This document shows positions 60,308 to 64,000 of a DNA stretch of 64,000 nt, in pieces. Within the stretch, counting starts at the first letter, position 1, and every line of letters starts with the position of its first letter. The notes under the pieces were generated by a model that was not told the origin of the DNA, made no database searches, and saw nothing but the letters and a program-made list of their open reading frames with translations. Source of the DNA: Pelagibacterales bacterium MED-G42 (GTDB taxonomy: Bacteria; Pseudomonadota; Alphaproteobacteria; Pelagibacterales; Pelagibacteraceae); the NCBI GenBank assembly GCA_002457485.1, contig NTJL01000002.1:7188-71187 (forward strand). The letters are read 5' to 3'. Both the position numbers and the translations under genes were made by a program.

Positions 60308-60994
60308 TTAAACCTTTTCTTTTTTTATTTTTCCTTGAGCTAAATTAACATCTTTTTCAATTTTTCTAATCCACATAGCGGCTGGAATAGATAGGGTTAA
60401 AAAAATTAAACCTACTATAGTATATGGTTCTAGATATCGATAATGATATCCTCCAACAGCGGTTGCTGCATGAAATAGTTCTGCGACACCAATGGTTGAT
60501 AATAAAGGAGTATCTTTAAAAATTCCGACTAAGTAGTTACCCATTCCAGGTATCGCAATTGGAAATGCTTGAGGTAAAACAATTTTTCGATATGTATATA
60601 TTGTTGAAAAGTTAAGAGCTCTACAAGCTTCCCACTGAGTTTTTGGGACCCCTTCTAGTGCGCCCCTATATACTTCAGATAAATAAGTTCCAAAATGAAG
60701 GCCTATTGTAATCATTCCACATACCCATGCAGATAAAGTAATACCAAATTGAGGTAATACGAAATAAACAAAGAATAACTGAATTAATAATGGAGTTGAT
60801 CGAATAAATTCAACAATTTCTCTATTAATCATATTAATTACCCTAAATGGGGTTCTTTGACCCAGTAAAAATATAAGACCAACTACCATAGCAATAGCAT
60901 AACCAATACCTGCTGCCATAATAGTATTTAAGGTAGCCCAAAGCATTTTTGGAAGTATTTCAAAGGTAAAATCCCATCTCCATTCGGCGTTCAT
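60308..60994 (-). CDS. ehuD: ABC permease, EhuD-like
   Basis: W.WDF...ILP, EFIRSTPLLIQL, SEVYRG, FKDTPLLS, YRYLEP.T; start ATG 60994. Confidence 0.72.
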   Translation of the reverse strand: MNAEWRWDFTFEILPKMLWATLNTIMAAGIGYAIAMVVGLIFLLGQRTPFRVINMINREIVEFIRSTPLLIQLFFVYFVLPQFGITLSAWVCGMITIGLHFGTYLSEVYRGALEGVPKTQWEACRALNFSTIYTYRKIVLPQAFPIAIPGMGNYLVGIFKDTPLLSTIGVAELFHAATAVGGYHYRYLEPYTIVGLIFLTLSIPAAMWIRKIEKDVNLAQGKIKKEKV

Positions 60995-60995
60995 A

Positions 60996-61667
60996 TTATA
61001 TTTTATCCTTTCCAACTTTTCTTGCAGCCAAAACTTCTAACCAACGTAAAAATGGAACAAGAAAAAATCTTGATATGATATAATATATTAAAAGTGCAGT
61101 ACCAAAACATTGAGCTGAAAGCCATGTTATAGAATTAATTTGTTTTGCCTCAAACGTTAAGTCAACGACAGTAACTAACGCAACTAATGCTGTAGCTTTT
61201 AAAAGTTCTACTGTTAAGTTTGCTGCAGGAGGTAGTATAATCGGAAATATTTGTGGAATAATTATTTTTCGCATTCTTTTAGCAGGAGTAAAATTTAAAG
61301 CAAAAGCTCCTTCCCATTGACCCTTGGGAACTGCTAAAATTCCACCTCTTACAATCTCTGCTCCGTAGGCACCAAAATTCATACCTATAGCTACGACTCC
61401 AGCAGTAAATGCTTCAAGACTTATACCAAAAAAAGGCAACACATAATAAAACCAAAATAATTGAACTAACAAAGAAGTTCCTCTAAAAAACTCTATATAC
61501 CCTGTTGCTACACCTTGAATGATTGGATTTTTTGAAACCCTCATTAATCCAAAAATTACTGAAATAATCACATACAATAGTGTTGCACAAATAAGTACTT
61601 TTATTGTCATTACAGTCCCAAGCAACATTGTTGGACCATGTTCAGATAAAAATGCTAAGTAGCTCAA
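60996..61667 (-). CDS. ehuC: ABC permease, EhuC-like
   Basis: EFFRGTSLLVQLFW.YYVLP, GAYGAEIVRG, ELLKATAL; TTG start. Confidence 0.72.
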   Translation of the reverse strand: MSYLAFLSEHGPTMLLGTVMTIKVLICATLLYVIISVIFGLMRVSKNPIIQGVATGYIEFFRGTSLLVQLFWFYYVLPFFGISLEAFTAGVVAIGMNFGAYGAEIVRGGILAVPKGQWEGAFALNFTPAKRMRKIIIPQIFPIILPPAANLTVELLKATALVALVTVVDLTFEAKQINSITWLSAQCFGTALLIYYIISRFFLVPFLRWLEVLAARKVGKDKI

Positions 61668-61685
61668 TTTATATTCTCTATTATT

Positions 61686-61720
61686 AAAAAAAAATCAGGC
61701 GACAATCTTAGTCGCCTGAT
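61686..61720 (-). terminator. Intrinsic terminator-like hairpin between ehuB and ehuC
   Basis: Perfect 10-bp stem ATCAGGCGAC/GTCGCCTGAT, 7-nt loop, followed by a U-tract on the minus strand. Confidence 0.8.
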
Positions 61721-61739
61721 CATTTTTTAAAATTTTCTT

Positions 61740-62585
61740 TTATTTAGTAGAACAAGCCCACTCAGTAGTCATATCAGCAGGAGGTAATTGGGCTTTATCA
61801 TAGCCATATTCACCAGCTCTCTCTAACATTTTACCTGGGTTTGATAAAACTTTTGCTAAAGCTGCATTAAAGTTGTCCCTAAATTCAGTATCAGTTTTTC
61901 TAAAACCTATACCAACAACATTTACAGTTTCTTTAGGCATTAATTTAGGATCTGTTACTTCAAATGCGCCATTAGTTTTTTCTTCATGTTCTTTTGCACC
62001 AAAGAAAGTTTGAACAGCAACGTCAGCTCTACCCGCTTTCATTGCAGCTAAAATCCCAACTTCACCCTCTACTAAAAGCATTTGGCTATCTGGAACACCG
62101 AATTTTTTAGCAGCCTCTACTGTGTTAAACCCCGCACCAGTTACCAGTTTTGCACCTGTTCTCACAACATCTGCGTAGTTATTAATTCCTTTAGGATTTC
62201 CTTTTGGTACTAACATTGCATCACCAAATACACCTATTGGATCTGAAAAATTAATATTCTCACATCTACTTTTTAAAATGTACATACCACCAGTAATCAT
62301 ATCTGATCTGTCTGCATTTATTCCTGGTATTAATCCTGACCATTCAAATACCTTTGTTTCGTGCTCAGTAATTCCCATTTCTTCAAGAACTGTTAAAGCA
62401 ATCATGTTGACAAAACCCAAAGCTTCACCGTTATCACCAGCATAAGCCCATGGCACAGCAGTACCAAATCCAAGTCTTAATTTGTGTCCATCTTTTAGTC
62501 TATCAGTTAAAGTTGCAGCATTAACAGACGAAATACTAAAAAGAATAACTAAACAAACTGAAATTGACTTAATTAATTTCCTCAT
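61740..62585 (-). CDS. ehuB: ABC substrate-binding protein, EhuB-like (SBP_bac_3)
   Basis: Signal peptide, W.GLIPG, GMYI...RC..I.FSDP, VPKGNPK, C-terminal Cys (EhuB-type disulfide pair); SD GAGGAG. Substrate uncertain. Confidence 0.68.
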   Translation of the reverse strand: MRKLIKSISVCLVILFSISSVNAATLTDRLKDGHKLRLGFGTAVPWAYAGDNGEALGFVNMIALTVLEEMGITEHETKVFEWSGLIPGINADRSDMITGGMYILKSRCENINFSDPIGVFGDAMLVPKGNPKGINNYADVVRTGAKLVTGAGFNTVEAAKKFGVPDSQMLLVEGEVGILAAMKAGRADVAVQTFFGAKEHEEKTNGAFEVTDPKLMPKETVNVVGIGFRKTDTEFRDNFNAALAKVLSNPGKMLERAGEYGYDKAQLPPADMTTEWACSTK

Positions 62586-62684
62586 TATTTCTCCTCTAAA
62601 TAGTTTAATATTTTATTAAGTTAACAAGAATTATAGCTTGATGCAAATTTCAAAAAATTTAGATCAACTTAGAATTGAATCTTG

Positions 62685-63470
62685 TTAAATAATTATTTTG
62701 TTACCTATATTTATTTCTCCGTCATCTAAAGGAGTTAAATAAATCCCCATATCAAAATGGTTATAAAATTTTTTTAATAACTGTAATAAATTTAATGAAT
62801 TATTGTCCGTTTTGGGTTTTAGATTAATAGCAACACATCGAGGAATATTTTTTTCAACTTTAAAAGAAACATTATTAATTTTTATAATTTTTCCAATCCA
62901 TTTTCTCTCTTCCCAAGGTTTTATTCCATCAATACAAATGTTTCCTCTAAATCTTGAAATTTCAATTTTTTCATCAATCCTTTTTTGAAAATCATTTATG
63001 CTCTCTATGTTTAAAAGTGAAACTGAATTAACAAAATCAACTTTATTTGATATAGTTGTGTCGTAAAAAGGAATTTCGAAATTTTTCATTAATGTAATTG
63101 GTCCTTTAATTGAACTTTCTAATTCTAAAACTTTATTTGATAACTCTATACATTGAGTTTGTTCATTAGTATTTATCGTTAAGATTGTATTATCTTTAGA
63201 ATTCAATGACAGTTCATTTTTATTTAATAAAAAATTATATTTGTTTAAAACTGGGGTGTTTTTAAGTGTTAATATTTTATTCCATTTACCTTTTCGATCA
63301 TCTGAGCTTTTTTCAAATAATTTAATTTGATCGATATTTAAATTTTTTGCAAATGCAAAAACTCTGTCTCCACTTATTCCAATTCCTTTTTTGATTTGAC
63401 AATTATCTATGGTTTGAAAGGATATAGATTTTACAGGACAGTAATTTATTGAGGAAATAGTTGCACTCAT
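62685..63470 (-). CDS. MOSC domain protein with N-terminal beta-barrel (YcbX/mARC-like)
   Basis: INYCPVKS, GDRVFAF, RFRGNI, WEE..W, Moco-ligating IPRC, GIY......G.I.IG. Confidence 0.85.
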   Translation of the reverse strand: MSATISSINYCPVKSISFQTIDNCQIKKGIGISGDRVFAFAKNLNIDQIKLFEKSSDDRKGKWNKILTLKNTPVLNKYNFLLNKNELSLNSKDNTILTINTNEQTQCIELSNKVLELESSIKGPITLMKNFEIPFYDTTISNKVDFVNSVSLLNIESINDFQKRIDEKIEISRFRGNICIDGIKPWEERKWIGKIIKINNVSFKVEKNIPRCVAINLKPKTDNNSLNLLQLLKKFYNHFDMGIYLTPLDDGEINIGNKIII

Positions 63471-63488
63471 ATAATATCTAAAAACAAT

Positions 63489-64000
63489 ATGACTTATCTA
63501 TCCCCAAATCAACTTAAACAATATGAAGATGAGGGATTTGTATCTCCCCTAGATGTATTTTCAAAAGAAAAAAGTAAAGAAATCAGAGATGAGATTGAAT
63601 TAATTGAAAAACAGATGCCTCATGAACTTGAAAAAGACGGAAGATATAATGCTCATCTTATTTCACCACTCTTAGATTGGGTCACTCACCATCCTTCAAT
63701 TTTAAATACAGTGGAAAGCTTAATTGGTAAAAATATTTTAGTATGTGGAACTACGCTTTTTATAAAAAATCCAAACATTAAAGGCTTTGTTAGCTATCAT
63801 CAGGATGCAAAATACATAGGTTTGGAGCCACATAATTGGGTTACAGCCTGGGTTGCGATCACAGATTCTAATGAGAATAATGGCTGTATGAAAATGTGGT
63901 CTGGATCACACAAAGAAAATCTAAAAGATCACGATCAAATGTTTAATGAAGGAAACTTATTAACCAGAGGTCAAACTGTTAATGATGTTCCAAAAAGTGA
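63489..64000 (+). CDS. Phytanoyl-CoA dioxygenase (PhyH) family 2OG-Fe(II) oxygenase (truncated by window edge)
   Basis: Manual translation MTYLSPNQLKQYEDEGFV...FIKNP..KGFVSYHQD..Y...VTAWVAI.D....NGCM...GSH (HxD motif). Not in the ORF track. Confidence 0.85.
   Translation, partial: MTYLSPNQLKQYEDEGFVSPLDVFSKEKSKEIRDEIELIEKQMPHELEKDGRYNAHLISPLLDWVTHHPSILNTVESLIGKNILVCGTTLFIKNPNIKGFVSYHQDAKYIGLEPHNWVTAWVAITDSNENNGCMKMWSGSHKENLKDHDQMFNEGNLLTRGQTVNDVPKS

Noticed and set aside
961-62988. The many 60-125 aa ORFs in the track lying antisense to, or out of frame within, larger genes (e.g. 961..1230, 4740..5015, 12048..12329, 34251..34625, 57299..57634, 59697..59999)
   Set aside because: They lie almost entirely within well-supported genes and have no recognisable motifs. 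This is the expected shadow of codon bias.
1-64000. tRNA/rRNA genes, CRISPR arrays, IS elements, integrases, prophage, inteins
   Set aside because: No intergenic gap contains such structures and no repeat-spacer periodicity was seen. No transposase, integrase or phage proteins were recognised, and dnaB has normal length.

Overview
A very AT-rich, extremely gene-dense alphaproteobacterial chromosome segment. The minimal intergenic spacers, gene content and synteny point to a SAR11/Candidatus Pelagibacter-like genome (inference). Most of the window is core housekeeping: aldehyde dehydrogenase + DUF779, moaB, glnA, an IscR-controlled suf operon (sufBCDS-sufU-sufT-sufA), anmK, tyrS, prfB with its programmed +1 frameshift, mrcA, rne, thiSG, aroQ-accBC, aspS, hdaA, purMN, ndk, pepA, lptFGD-surA-pdxA-rsmA, gmk, fabDG-acpP, rpsF-rpsR-rplI-dnaB, an MMPL transporter, cvpA-purF and gshAB. 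At the right end, an EhuABCD-like ABC transporter is bracketed by two MOSC-domain genes and a divergent PhyH dioxygenase. I saw no rRNA, tRNA, CRISPR, IS or prophage. The most unusual signals are: (1) a 64-aa, 50%-lysine in-frame N-terminal extension on the aldehyde dehydrogenase, with two apparent translation starts; (2) an intact orphan gene carrying only the C-terminal TSCPD region of class II ribonucleotide reductase, fused to an unrecognised N-terminal module; (3) the MOSC-Ehu-MOSC-PhyH cassette; (4) a 56-aa small gene between glnA and sufA that the ORF track missed; (5) an RNase E lacking the Zn-link; (6) an NrdR-box-like site in front of a DUF1244 gene. All calls come from motif recognition by eye; no searches were run.
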